A DNA stretch of 63,790 nt, counting the filler, from Reclinomonas americana ATCC 50394 (taxonomy: Eukaryota), in NCBI GenBank assembly GCA_048213135.1. It is 6 parts of 4 records of this genome, joined end to end, with 100 filler letters (N's around TTAATTAATTAA, not from the genome) between each part and the next. Parts side by side here need not be neighbours in the genome. Positions count along the whole stretch, not along the records: positions 17,043 to 39,420 come from PS015125.1; positions 39,521 to 60,113 come from PS015125.1; 4 more parts are not named here. One strand, given 5' to 3'. Shown in pieces: positions 29,001 through 41,670 of the stretch. The translations under genes and the position numbers were made by a program. The notes under the pieces are model-generated. The model was given only the letters and a program-made list of their open reading frames with translations, was not told the origin of the DNA and did no database searches. How positions within the stretch are numbered: position 1 is the first letter of the stretch; every line of letters begins with the position of its first letter.

Positions 29001-32000
29001 ACGGTCCACACCTTCAAGTCGGCAATTGCCGTCGAGGCCTCCTCCGCGGACGTCTGGCACACAAAGCTGTTGCCGGTGATGCTGTTGCTGACAATGGTGC
29101 AAGCAGAAGAGAGGCTCATCTTGTTCTTGACTGCCAGGTTGTTGGGGCGCGCCGAGTTGTCCTGCTTCTCAAAGAAGCCGCCCTTGATGGTCACCAACTG
29201 ACCGCCATTGACGCTGCCCTGGCGCGGATAAATGTCGACCACATCGAGCTTGGCAAAGTAGAGAATCGCCGGGTTCGGTGCAGCGGCGCCAGCAGAGCGC
29301 ACGTTCAGCGCCACGTTGTAGAGGCCAGGGTTCTGCGCCGGCAGCGTGCACTTGACGACGGTTGCCGTGGCGCTCGTGACGGCACACGTGGAGGAACCAA
29401 TGGTGATGACGTTGTTCTCCGGGTGCACCGCATCAAAGCCGGTGCCGGTGAAAGTCAGCGCCGAGTCGTCGGCCGCCGTGCTCACCGCCGGTGAAATCGA
29501 CGTCAGTGACGGCGTGGCGGCAGCGGTGTACGAGAACGTGGAGCCCGTCGGCAGCGGCGTCGAGTTGCGGATTGTCACGTACACGGCCAGATCGGCCTGC
29601 GCGGCGCCGGTCGAGCTGGCCGGCGTCAGGCACACGAATTGCTGCAGTGACGGCGTGCCGGTCACGGTGCACTTGGGACCGGTGGTGGTGCCAATGGTGA
29701 CGACAATGTCGGCCGGATTGGTGGAGAATGCCGAACCGGAAATGAGCAGCGGTGTGCCGCCGTAGATCGAGCCGGTGGACGGCGACATGGAGCCAATCGA
29801 GGCCTCATACGAGTGCGTAATGGTGCTGGTGGCAAAGCCGTAGGGAGACACCATAACCTGCACGGTGTGCTGGCCGGCGGGCAGCGCGTTCGGGGTGACA
29901 AACGTGATGGTCACGTCGCCATTGGGGGCGACCGTGGTCGAGGTGATCTGGCACGGCACGCCACCCAACAGCACCGTGTTCTCGGTGGGGTCCTCCGAGA
30001 AGGTGCCGGTGATGGTGCGCGTCTTGCCGGGGCCCGTGGTGGCCGCCGCACCCGACTCGCCAGTGCTCGTCGCCACCGGAGTGAGTGCCGGCAGGTAGCT
30101 GAACTGGCAGCTGGTGATGTCGGAGCAGGAGCCGAGCACGCCATTGACCGTGGCGCGCACCTGCGGCACAGGCGACACCCACTCCAGCTGCTCGCTGTTG
30201 ACCAGCATGAAATTGTCGAAACTGCCCTGGTATTCCTCCGTGGCCAGAGCCGAGGCTTGGAATCCTTGCTGCGCGGCGGGGGGGGGGGGGGGGATGAGCG
30301 TGAGTAGAAAGAGGAAGGGGAGGAGAAGAACAAAAAAGAGCTGACAGAAAGGGAAAAAACCAAGCTTCCCTATCCCCTTTCACAATCCCTCTCGACAACT
30401 CACCAGTGTAGTACCGTCGACTGTCAGCAACTCCACGTCGCCAAGCAGGTCCTCGAAGATGATGCGATAGGTGAGGAGCTCGCGTGAGTTGCCCCACTTG
30501 CTGACGGACACGTTGCCGACGGTGCTGAGCTTGCTCTCCATGAGCACCTCCAGCTGCTCCGGGCGCACGTCGTAGCTGATGCCGCTGAGCGTGTCGTCGC
30601 CAAAGGAGATGGACCAGGTGCCGGCCATGGGAGCCGACGGCGGAGTAGGTTGCGAGCAGGTGCAAGTGACACCGGCAGAGAAGCTGAAGCCGCTGGCGGG
30701 ACCGCACTGGAACACGGGGCGCGGGCTGTACTCGTTGACGAGGAAGGTGACCTCGATGGTGAGCAGGGCCTCGCCAGTGCTGGGATCCACAGAGGTGGCC
30801 TTGGAAACCGACACGTTGTTGACGGGCACGCCAACCACACCCGAGGGGAATTTGAGGGCCTCAATGGCCGCTTCAATGGCTGCAGCCGACGAAGTCGGCA
30901 GAATAATCGCACTCTGCAGTCCGTCGTAGTAGAGACGGATGCCGGTGGGATTGGTGCCGCGCACCACCACACGCTGCACCTCGCGGATGACAGTGACTTG
31001 CAGAGTGACGTCCTGCACCTCGCGGAAGTTGTCGCTGCGCGGCTGGTCCGAGGGCGAGCGGACCCACACCTTCAGGTACTCGTCGCCGTCGCCCTGCTGG
31101 TACGACACCTGTTCATGGGGTGGAGGAGGAGGGGTGCAAGGGTGAGCGACGAGGAGAAGAGGAAAGGGGAAGGGGAAAGAGAAAAGGGAAAAGGGGAAGA
31201 CACAAGAGAAACGCAAATGAGAAGAGAGCACTACGAGAAGACGCAAATACGCTCTGCACTTTCTCTTCTTCTTCTCTCTCTCTCTCTTTCTCCCCGCGCT
31301 ACGCAACATCGATAAAGTAGGCCTTGGTGGCGTCCAGCGTCACCGTGGTGCGCTGACCCGTGCTGCTCAGAGGCCACGACTCGGCACCGTACGCGGTAAA
31401 GGTGGACAGCACCGCCGACGACGGCGACTCGTTCGAGTAAATGGTCATGACGGCGTTGTCGTCGTGCTGCAGGTAGAACGTGTGCGGGCCGGAGGCCAGC
31501 GGGCGGAAGATGCCGCGCACGCGAGACGTGTAGCGCGTGGTACCGTACTGGAAGTCGAGGCTGCCGAGCCAAATGTCGTCAATGGTCGGCACGGCGTTGG
31601 CGGCCGGCAGGGTCGGTGCTGCAGCGTCGTTGGCGTACTGGTAGAACTGACGGCGCACACCGCGGCCACCCGAGTACTGCACGCCGGTCAACTGCTGCAC
31701 GGCCGAGAGAGGGCCGGTGCGACACACAATCTCATCATAGTCTACTGGGGCGGGGCGCGTCTGTCCGCGCGTCACCGACAGCACCGTGCACGGCGAACCA
31801 CTGACGTCGACCACCGCGTTCTCCGCGATCTTGGTGAAGCCTGATCCGTGGATGGTGAGCACGGTGCCGCCATTGGTGGAGCCAGCGGCCGGTTGCACGC
31901 TCGTGATGCGCGGCACAACGGCAAAGTCGTAGACCGCGCCCTTACGGTTGTAGAGGACGTTGCGCGGGTTCTTGATAGCGTTGCCGTAGTTCTTGATGTT

Positions 32001-32521
32001 CAAGTTGACGCGGTAGTAGCCGGCCTCGTTGTCTTGCACGCGGCAGCGCGGCTCGCCGTAGGTGTTGGAGCCGAGATTGTTGTTCATGTTGAGCGGCGAG
32101 TCCTTGAGACGATCCGCCGAGTTGAATGTGTAGCTGAGAGGCCAGCCCTGCGAGACGCCGTTGGTGGTGTCGGCCAGCGGATTGTTCTGGCCCATCGAGC
32201 ACTGTCGGTCGCCGATGCTCATGTCGATAATGTTGTCGGGGGAGGAGGTGAAGACGCGGCCGCGGAATTTGACCAGGTCGCCAGCGGCGCCCGCCTGCGG
32301 GTGCGCGTTGTACAAAATGGGCGTGGCGCTGAAGGCGTACTTGTACACACACATGCCGTTGGCGTCCTTGACGACGCAGTTGGCGTAGCGCTTGTGGTCG
32401 ATTTGCACGAGGAGGTCCACCGGGGTCTAATAAAAGGGAAAGGGTGAGGTGAAGGGGGAGAAGGGGAGGGAGGAGGAAGATTGAGCAGAGAGCAAGAAGT
32501 GAAAGGAGTGACGTGCGTATT

Positions 32522-32566
<45 letters not shown>

Positions 32567-33863
32567 TGAGTGATACTGAAACGCAACATTGGTGTCCTTG
32601 CCCGGCGGCGCCATGCAGACAATTTGGTAAAAGCTGCTGTAGTGATGCATGGCCATGCACGGCTTGCCATCGATCCACACCTCGTTCTGCAGGAGATATG
32701 GGGAAAATTGAGTGCCACGAATGAGGAAGACATGACAGAGGGAGAAACACATCACTCAACTGCACCCTGGTAGGTGTCGTCGAGCGAAAAGTTGTCGCCG
32801 GCGATCGTCAGCCACGTGCCGCCAGCAACGGAACCTACGAATTGGAAAGAGAAGGGAGTGTCACGGAGGGAAAGTGAGGGCCAGGGGAAGAAAGAGACTC
32901 ACCGACAGTGGGCGTAATGAGCGTAATGTGAGGGTTGATGTCCTGCAACGAGAGCGCAAGGTGAGGAAAATGAAGGAGAAGTGAACGAGAAAGAAGGGGG
33001 ACAAGAAAGCAATCAAAGTGCATTCCACCGTGTACAATGAAATACAGCAAAGAGCGGGAACGAGTTGACGTGCGCGCGATGCAGCGCGGACCAATGAGTG
33101 CAAAGTCGATAACAAGTGCACAAAAAAGGCACAGAAAAGTAAAAGATGGAGAAGAGGAAGAGAAGAGAAGAGGAAGAGGAGAGCAACTCGGGCACAAAAG
33201 TTGCAAAATACACACATGCACAGAAACGAGGTGTAAAGCAGAGAGAAAAGACCAACAAAAAAAGTGGAACACCACGAGAAAAGCGAGAGGAGTTGAAGTC
33301 CCTCGCGTGGAGTGCGGATCAATGAACGAGTGGAATAAATCGACCACAAGAGCATCATGAGTGCATGTGCGACAAATAAAAGACACAGAGGCACGCAGAG
33401 ATAAGAGAGTGTGTGAGTGAGAAGAGAAAGAGGAACAACTCGCGCACAAAAAAACACAAAAAAATGTGAAGCACAGAAAACAAACGCGCGCGCACACGCA
33501 CACACATAAACAACAAAGAAAGAAAGAGAGTGAGAAGAGAAAGAAGAGAGAGCAGCAATAAAAAAGAGGGTGCACAAGTCGGAGTCGGGTGAAGGAAAAT
33601 TCACCCGCGACTCATCAATACAACACAATGTGCATGTCTTTTCTCACTCTCCCTCACTCACCATTTGATCCAACTGGTCATCGCCCTTGCCGGAACCCGC
33701 CACCGACAATGCTAAAGACAAACAGAGAGAGAGAGAGAGTCAGTGACAAAAAAAAAAGTTGACTTTTTGTGTGTGAGTGTGTGTGTGTGTTTGTCTCACC
33801 GAGTGTGAGCAGCACCAGCAACGCTGCAACAAGCGCGACAACACGAGTTGTTGTCGTCATCAT
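17043..33863 (-). CDS. PKHD1L1: Fibrocystin-L (PKHD1L1)-like giant type-I membrane protein, about 24 exons, 3'-partial: signal peptide, IPT/TIG repeats, PA14, four spherulin-4-like domains, more TIG, discoidin-like domain, G8, beta-helix, second G8, beta-helix, TM
   Basis: Traced through 23 introns from MMTTTTRVVALVAALLVLLTLA. TIG motifs (P..GS..GG..LTI.G.GF), G8 motifs (WSAPTTWPNG, WSDPTVWPSG), RAEVGLLSRNIVIQG, GQAFNLARYPIHWH, FFIEDGIE, DCVDMDCD, and TM VIIIAATSGAGVLLVAVLAVVLVA. Confidence 0.9.
18673..18749 (-). other. AT-AC intron (77 nt) in the PKHD1L1-like gene
   Basis: GAT G|atatgtccttgcg...ccccttac|GT CCC AAG CAT restores CVDMDCDGPKHVFFKDMDG. I found no GT-AG solution that keeps both the frame and the conserved Cys motif. 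Confidence 0.75.
25720..28920 (-). other. Block of four tandem spherulin-4/GH135-like domains within the PKHD1L1-like CDS
   Basis: Motifs VLVPID..., AIVNPADGP, ILGYVDTNGGAR...DIDSW...DGIYLDN, ALVPVYQYP, AIIRPTATGPG, LLGYIST and AD.FV.FDG, repeated four times. Confidence 0.8.
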
Positions 33864-35220
33864 TATGTGTCAAAGAAGAAAGAGGGGAAAAAAGTGTACA
33901 AAAAATGTGTCTCTCTCTTTGTGTCACACACGTTACACACACGCGCGCGCTCGCAAGTAGTACTGTCGCACTTACTACTTGTGCTCGCTTGTGTGAGAAG
34001 GTGGTTTGCGCTCACGGAGATGCACACAAAAGAATTTTGGATTGTCCTTGTGCGCGACCACCTGCTGCAACCGACTCCCAATAAACAATACGCGCTCTCA
34101 CTGCAACTCACTCATTGTTGGCCTTCCCTCGTGCGCGTGCTCTTCTCTCTCGTAGTGTGTTCTGCTCTCTCTCATGTCGTCTGTCTGCAGCTTCATGCTT
34201 GTGTGTGCGTCGTGCTGGGTTAGTGAGACATGCGCTTTTTCCTTTTGCAGTCGTCACACTCGTGTCCGAATCGTTGCATTGGCGATTGAACTTTACTCAT
34301 CAAAGCTCGGAGCTCGCTCCCGTGCAGTTGAGTGCACACACAGACAGCAACGGCAACTCGGGCTGTGGCTCTTTCGTGGTACTTTTTTATCGGTGTGTCG
34401 GAGCACGTATGACTCCGGATCCGAACAGATGCTGTTTTTGGCATTTCTCGCCGCTCTCTCTTTTCTCTGTTTTTCTGTTTTGCGTGCCTTCTGCCCCGGG
34501 CTTCCAGCATGCGTTCCTCCTGCTCTTTTTCACTCTCTGCAGCTCTGTGTGCTGCTCCAGCCTCGACTTTTTCGCGATCGATTTTGGAGTGGTCCACTCA
34601 CTCTCTCGCTTGCACGCGCCGCCTCCTCCCGCTCCATGCATGCGAGAGGTGTGCAGTGTAGCCATCATACGAGCACGAGTTCCCCAGCACCGGCTTCCCG
34701 CAGCGAGTTCCATTTTTGGGCATGGACTCGCGCGCGCGCCTCTCTCGCCCCACTCCCTCCCTTTCCCTCTCTCTCTCACACACACACGTGCGCCTCCTTC
34801 AGCGGCTCCCCCGCATAGCACACACCTGCGTTGTGTGCATGCAGACGATGCTGCGTTGTTCCGCACACCGGAAGACGACTTTTTCCATTGGTTTCTCTTG
34901 TTTTGGCACTCTCGCACAAATGCGTGTGTCTTTTTCACCCTCACTCACACGCACACGCGCCCTCGTGGCATGAGCATACGCACACCACGGATGCATGCAT
35001 ATGTGCCAGCGCACGTCATCCCATGTGCGTTCCTTCCTTTTTTGACCAACCATGCGTGCCTGTATTGCGTCTCTCCTCTCTTCTCGCTCTCGTGCACCTC
35101 CTGTTGTCATCGCGAGTCACGCACTCGCACTCTGCTCGTTGCATTTGGGGAGGCGAGTTGTTGCACAAGAGCCGTTTCCTATATCGGCCGATATACCAAC
35201 CACCTAATTTACGTATTTAT

Positions 35221-38200
35221 CTATTGTTGTTGCTGTTGTTGCTGCTGTTGCTGCTGCTGCTGTTGTTGTTGTCGCCACAACGCCGCCACCTCCTTCACCG
35301 ACTCTGAAAATTCGCGTCGCTCCTCCAGCACGCGATCGAGCACCAATCGCTTGAGGTTCTCCCGGCCGAGCCCATACTCAAAGCCGACATAGTTCTGGTG
35401 CACAAACACCGGTGTCTCGGCCACACTCCACGGCTCGCGACGCAAGTACACCTTGGAGTTGGCAAAGAGAATGCGGTCCATGACACGCACTGTCACGCGA
35501 CGCGCATTGCTACTGTCCACGCGCAGGGCATGCTCGTTGAATGCCTGCTGATCCCACTTGCGCTCGACACGCAGCGTGTCGGCCACGGCCTCCAGCAACG
35601 TCAGCGTCTCTGGCGAGGCGCGTACGAGAAAGAAGCCGGCGTTCAGCAGCACGTAGTGCAGTTGTCGCTCCAGGGGGTGGTACTTGAACGGCTGCGTGGT
35701 CGAGTCGATCATGGTCCACTCGTCGAGTCCGTAGGCGGTCACGTCCGACCACCCGTCGGTGCTGCACTCGATCGAGCTGTCGCGATGCAGCAGTGGGAAC
35801 GGGTCGCGCAGGAACACAATGTCGGTGTCGGAGAGGAGTGGGTTGAAGCCGAGGCGCACGATGCGGGCCAGCAGAGCCCACTTGAAGGAGGAGACCATTT
35901 GGCGGCGGTCGTGATAGCCGGCCACGGAGGGGGGTTGCTGGATGGAGGGGAAAGGGGGAAGGGAGAGAGGGGGAGAGGCACAGGTTGAGAGGCTTTGTGA
36001 CAACCCTACCATGAAGCGAAGGAAGTGATATGAGAACAGGAATGCACAGGAGGAGCGCACCTTCAAGCGAAAGAACTGACACGGGAGGCAGAAAAAACGT
36101 GGAGGAATAGCACAGCGACACGTCCACCGTCACGAGAGAAAGTAATCGTGATAAGAGAGACATACAACGTGAACGCAGCAGAGGAGTTGCACAGCGACAC
36201 ATGCAAATCAGCCCCACCATTGATGACCACAGGCGAGCCGTCATCAAGCGACAGAAGTGATAAGAGAGGCAGACAATGTGGATGCCGAGAGGGAGTCGCA
36301 CTGATGGCATCGTTCCACAATCGACAAGTCGCACGTCGAGGAGCAAGGACAGAGTCTCTTCAAATCTCACACTGCCAGCAGCAAGAGGTCGAAAAGCGAG
36401 AGAACGGCGCACAGAGGAGTGGGGTGATCCAGGAAACGCAGTTGAGGACCAAGCCACGGCCACACACATAAGCAGCACGAGAATGGTGAAAGTGATAGCG
36501 ACGGCCTCTTGCCAAACGCGCCACCACCAGAAATGACAACATGAACACCAAGGTCCTCTCCACCATAAGTAGAACACAGCCAGCACACAGAAGGATTGCA
36601 GAGTGAAGGACAGGCTGCAACTGTCTATCAAGCCGTGCCACCCTCCCACGCACCACTCTCACAAATCCCACAGACTGTCGACGGCAATAGTCGGCACACG
36701 CGTCGTCCAGCGCCAGCACCATCAGATTCTGAATGCCGGAGGTGCGTGCCGATTCGATCCACATGGGCAGCATGGGTTCACCGCCACCGCCCCCGTGCTC
36801 GGCGCCGATAAAGTTCTTGTCGGACATGGTGATCAACACCTCCTGGTGCTCGTTGGCCACCGACTGCAACACCGTCAGCAGGTCGGCGTCCTGCGTCCGC
36901 GAAACTCGCTGTGAGGCTCATGACGAGGCACATTCATCTCCCTGTGCAGCAACGCAACACCGGTCGTGTCCTTCTCGTCGACCGCCACGCACCGCGAAAC
37001 GGCGCGCCGCGCTTCACTCATCGACGGCAGAGTCACTGGCTTGGCGGCCGGCAGCGCCGCCGGTGTGGACGGCGACGCAGAGATGGTGGCGCCGTCGATG
37101 AAGACGGCCTGCATGCATGCCGCACGCGACGCAATGTCCTTGCGACCGGGTCGCACCGCCTGACAGTGCACGGCTACGGGCACCGACGCACGCGAACCCA
37201 CCAGTGACTTGTCAAAGAACGATGTCGCGGTGCGGTAGCGCGACCAGGCGAGCTGCGACACCGAGAGACGCGGATACCGTGGAAACACGGGGGAAGCCGG
37301 GCGCAGAACGGCGGCCGTCAGCGCCTCGGATTCCACCACTTGCTGGCGAGCGAGTCGATCGCGCACCATGCGGAGGAACTGTGTGTAGGCGGCAAAGTGA
37401 GAGTCAGGAAGAGAAGCGCAGGGACGCAATGAGAGCGATAATGCAAAGGGAATGAGAGTGCACGCTGTAAGAATTGCGGAGACAGGAAGGGAGCGCAGCA
37501 GTAGAACAGAGAGAATGAGAGTGCACGGTTGAAGTGCTATCGACCACACACAAAAGAAAAAAGCAGAGCGATATGGCTTGCTGACCGCAGCTCGACAACC
37601 AAGACACCAGGACGCAGAGACATCGCCTGCACGATGACTTGCGCAACAGCAAGGTGAGAGAGAGTGACAACTTTCTGAACGATCCAGGTAAAGTATGCAC
37701 AGTTATCGCCCACTCACTCTCTCTCAAAGAAAGAGAAACAACTCTCTCTCTCTCTCTTGTCAGAAAGAGAAGCAACTATCTCTGTCTCCAAAGACAGCGA
37801 TGCAACTCTCTGTCTCTCAACGAAAGAGAAGCAGGTCTCTCTCTCACAAACAAAGAGAAGCAAGTCTCTCTCTCTCTCTCATCAAGATAGAAAGCAAATT
37901 TCTCCCTCTCAACGAAAGAGAAGCAGCTCTCTCTTTCAATGAAAGAAAGAAAGAAAAGAGACTTCGCCTTCCCAGTGCAACAAGAGGAAACAGAGAGTGC
38001 GGACATTCCACTTGCACAACCAACTTCCCCCATCATCACCTTTGCCGCCCGCGGACTCGACCTCCACACCATCACTCCCGGATCGAGGTGCGTAAACCAC
38101 ACCTCCATGGGTGGCGTAAAGGCCGGATCCGACGTGAACTTAAACTCTGGTCGCGCCGCCTCCGCCGTGTGCGACGAGCTCACCACACGCAAGTCCACAC

Positions 38201-38811
38201 TCATGTCGCCGTCGGCCGACGCCAGCGGATTCGACAGCCACGCACAATCTGTGTCACTGTAGAACACATGATAGCCGTGCTCCAGCAGCGCGGCGAGCGA
38301 CGCATACTTGGCCAGCAGCCGTCGCTGCGTCGTATTCGCCAGCGCCCGTCCCTCGGCGCGCGACGACACTCCCAGCTGCTCCGGTGTCACATACGGCACC
38401 TTCTTGCGCCGACAGTACTCCACCGCGCTCCCATCCACCGCCACCACCAGCTGATTGGTGATGCCCACACGCTGCGTGCCCAGCAGCCAGCCCAACAACA
38501 GCGGCTCATCATCCACCACCGAGCGATCGGCCACCGTCACAAACAAGCGATAGTCGTTGTCTGCCGCGGCACTCAACACGTTCACCGCCACCGCAGCGCG
38601 ACCCTGCCGACGCCACGCCTCCTCCACACTGTCCATGTGCACAAACTCGCACACCGCCGACGCCAGTACCTCAGTCAGACGACTGCGTGAGAGTGTTTCC
38701 TCCGCATCCTCACGCGCGCGACTGCCGCAGGAGGACGAGTCCTCGAATGTCCACTGTGCGCTCTCCAAGCTGCGTCGCGCCTGTCGCAGTTCCTCCACCA
38801 GGGCGAGCTCC
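35221..38811 (-). CDS. Protein with two tandem nucleotide-diphospho-sugar transferase domains (GT77, RRA arabinosyltransferase-like); 5' end unresolved
   Basis: Domain 2: GIQNLMVLALDD...KWALLARIVRLGFNPLLSDTDIVFLRDPF...RDSSIECSTDGWSDVTAYG...LNAGFF...WDQQAFNE...FANSKV...HQNY. Domain 1: GITNQLVVAVD...LLEHGYHVFYSDTD...NPL. Poly-Gln C-terminus. Confidence 0.85.
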
Positions 38812-39464
38812 TATGCAGAAAATGGGTGAGGGAGAAGGGAAGGGAAGGGTGAAGGGAAGGGTGAAGGGGAGGGTGAAGGGAAAGGTGTGAGTGGAAGGGA
38901 GGAGTGGAAAGACGAAGGGTGACGAGAAGGGCGAAGGAAAGGATGAGTGGAAGGGTGAACGGAAACGCCAAGGGAAGGGTGGATGGGGGGAATGAGTAGA
39001 AGAGTGGAAAGGTGACTGGAAGGATAAAGCGGAAGGATGAGAGTGGACAGGTGAAGGGCAGGGTGAGTGGAATGGATGAAGATACGTGATCAGTGGAAGG
39101 ATAGGGGAAAGGGTGAAAGGAAGGGCGAGTGAGAGGGCGAGAGTGGACGCAGTGGATGAGAGGCTCTCTTCCTCAGCTTCTTCTTCTTCTTGTGCTGCAG
39201 CAGCAGCTGCTGCTGTTCTCACACTTCGCCTCCCAGCTATTCTCTGTCTCTCTGTCTCTCTGTGTCTCTGTCTCTTTGTGTCTCTGTCTCTGTCTCTCTC
39301 TGTGCCTCTCTCTCTCTTTCTCTTTCTCTCTTTCTCTCTCTCTCTCTCTCCTGTGCCTGTGGTGCTTCCTATGGCGAGCTCGAAGTGCTGCCGCCGGGCT
39401 ATTTCGGCGCGGTCTCGCAGNNNNNNNNNNNNNNNNNNNNNNNNNNNNNNNNNNNNNNNNNNNN

Positions 39465-39476
39465 TTAATTAATTAA
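39465..39476. other. Artificial scaffold linker
   Basis: TTAATTAATTAA between N runs. Confidence 0.97.
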
Positions 39477-39637
39477 NNNNNNNNNNNNNNNNNNNNNNNN
39501 NNNNNNNNNNNNNNNNNNNNTCGTCGTCTTCGTTTCGTTCGTTCTCTCGTCTCTCGTCTCTCTCTGTCGTCTCTCTCTCTTCTTCTTCTTCTCTTCTTCT
39601 CTCTCTCTCTCTCTCTGTCGTCGTCGGTGTCGTCCTC

Positions 39638-39698
<61 letters not shown>

Positions 39699-39744
39699 CC
39701 GTCTCTTCCTCTCTCCCCTCCCTCCCTCCCTCCCTCACACTCAA

Positions 39745-40009
39745 CTGCCTTACTCATATGCTGCTGACACTGCTGCGCAGAGCACAGTGGAGGCAACCCT
39801 CGCGACGCGCCTCCCTGCACTGCACCACTCGTCACAACAGCAGTGAGTGACGAGGAGGAAGTCGGCGAGGCGGAGAGGAGCCACAAAAGTGCCGAGAAAA
39901 GCACCACACCAACACCTGCACAGGCGAGCCACAGAGTGCAGGCATTCTGCGCAGTGAAGACTGAGGTGGAGGAGGCAGAGGGGGAGGAGCAGGAGAGGAG
40001 GCCTCCCAT
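39745..40009 (-). CDS. Probable first exon of a signal-anchored (type II-like) membrane protein, truncated
   Basis: MGGLL...TLWLACAGVGVVLFSALLWLL hydrophobic segment, followed by candidate donor sites and a GA-rich intron-like tract. Confidence 0.4.
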
Positions 40010-40239
40010 TGCTCCTCTTTTGTGACTTGCAACACTCGCGGATTTTCAGTCAGTTTCTTACTGCATGGAGGAGTTTCCCTTCATCACCAGCAAGGATCTG
40101 TTCTCCTCTTATGTTGCGTGCATGTCCGCTGCACTGTGTTAGTCTCGAATCCTTGACACACTATCTCTCTCTCTCGTGCACACAGCGATCTCGCGCTGTT
40201 GTTCTCAGCCGCATCTCTCTCGTGGCCTGCAAGAGAATC

Positions 40240-41375
40240 ATGCCTCCTTCTCATGAGAAGGAGGTGCTGGCGAGCAGACACGCTCTGCTCGAGTCACGCC
40301 ACTTTTGCATGTGTCTCTATCTGGCCGCCAATCCCACCGCCACCCTCGAAACTGCAGCCGAGCAAGGAAAGCAGCTCCATCCCGACGGGTTGAGTTGGTG
40401 GTGCTTTCCAGCTGAGGCGGCGGCACGTGACGAAGAACTGCGGCCGCTGAAGAGGATCATCGACATTGGACATGGCAATCCACCAGATCCTGTACGTGTT
40501 GTTGTCACTACGCGTGATTCTCTCTCTCACACACGTGTGGTTGCAGGGCATCGAGGGTTGGGAGGTTGTTCACTTGCCTCCACCGCATCCGTGGTCGCCG
40601 AAGCTGCAGCGAACGTGGCGACAGGCGGTGTGGACGGCGATTGAAGAAGCGGGAAGCAATGTCGTGGCGATTCAGAGTCCATCTGGACTCGACGATGTTG
40701 GTGCGCATGCGTCCAGTTGGCTTTCGCACAAGCGCACTGCTTCCTGCTTCGTACAGGCGAGATGATTGTCACCTACTTGCACTACAAGCTTGCCTGGCCA
40801 CCTGCAGAGGCCTTGGCAGCGTACTGCAACATAGACGGCACCTCGCGGTTCGGCAGCGACGGTACCATGTTCCAGGAACTGTGCCGCGAGTTTCGCATGC
40901 CGATGCCTGCGTCCATGCCAGCCGCTGACATTGTTGGAGACGGCCTTATGGACGACGAAGCTCTCGCGGCCGCAGTGGACGAAGAAATACGAGCGGCCGA
41001 GGTTCGCAATGCATGATTGTGCTTCTCTCCTGCATTGACCGCACGGTGCGGGAACAGGTTGAAAAAGAAGCGACTGCTTTCTTTGCGAACGAGCTGCAGC
41101 CGTTTCACCTGCGTTGCAAAGCAGCAATTGCTACATTCGAAAGGCTGGCAGACGAAAATGCCTTGCCTCCGCTGCACCTGCATCATTTCCTGCGACGTGT
41201 CATCCGAGACTTGATCGGTTCATTATCGAGCGAAGGCAATCGAAGTGACCTGATGTTAGCTCGTGAGGTGTGCGCCAAGCTGCCGCGTGACGACCGAGAG
41301 CGTGCGCTCTTCAATTCGGCTATTTCCGCCTTGCTGGCCAAGGGAGAGGATGCGGAGCAGAGAGCGAACTCATAA
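40240..41375 (+). CDS. 4-exon hypothetical protein with a possibly degenerate dual-specificity/RNA-triphosphatase-like segment
   Basis: Exons join in frame via gtacgt..gcag, gtgcgc..acag and gttcgc..acag. Contains VAIQSPSGLDDVGEMIVTYLHYKLAWPPAEALAAY. Confidence 0.55.
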
Positions 41376-41670
41376 AAACGTCGGTTATAACACAAGACAC
41401 CTGCCGCGCGCTGCCTCATGATATCGATCAAGACTGGTGTTTCTTGAATGTGGTTGGACTTGATCATCAAGACAGTTACGCATGAAAAAATGCAACGTAC
41501 GACGTCGACGTCGCGCATGCACATCTCTGTCGTAAAAGCGCATGCCTGCACTGCCTGTGCTTTCCTCTCTCCGCGCCTGATGTTGTACGCTCACACAACG
41601 CACCTCTCTGCGCACAATGATCGTCACAATCACGCAGCTGTCCTGTCTCACTCTTTCAGTCCTTTCAAGA

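Noticed and set aside
17043-33863. Alternative genetic code or programmed frameshifts explaining the ORF breaks
   Set aside because: All breaks resolve as short spliceosomal introns under the standard code.
32835-35200. Long Phe/Leu/Ser/Cys-rich ORFs, here and at 42457-43485
   Set aside because: They are translations of CT/GA/CA microsatellite-rich introns and intergenic DNA.
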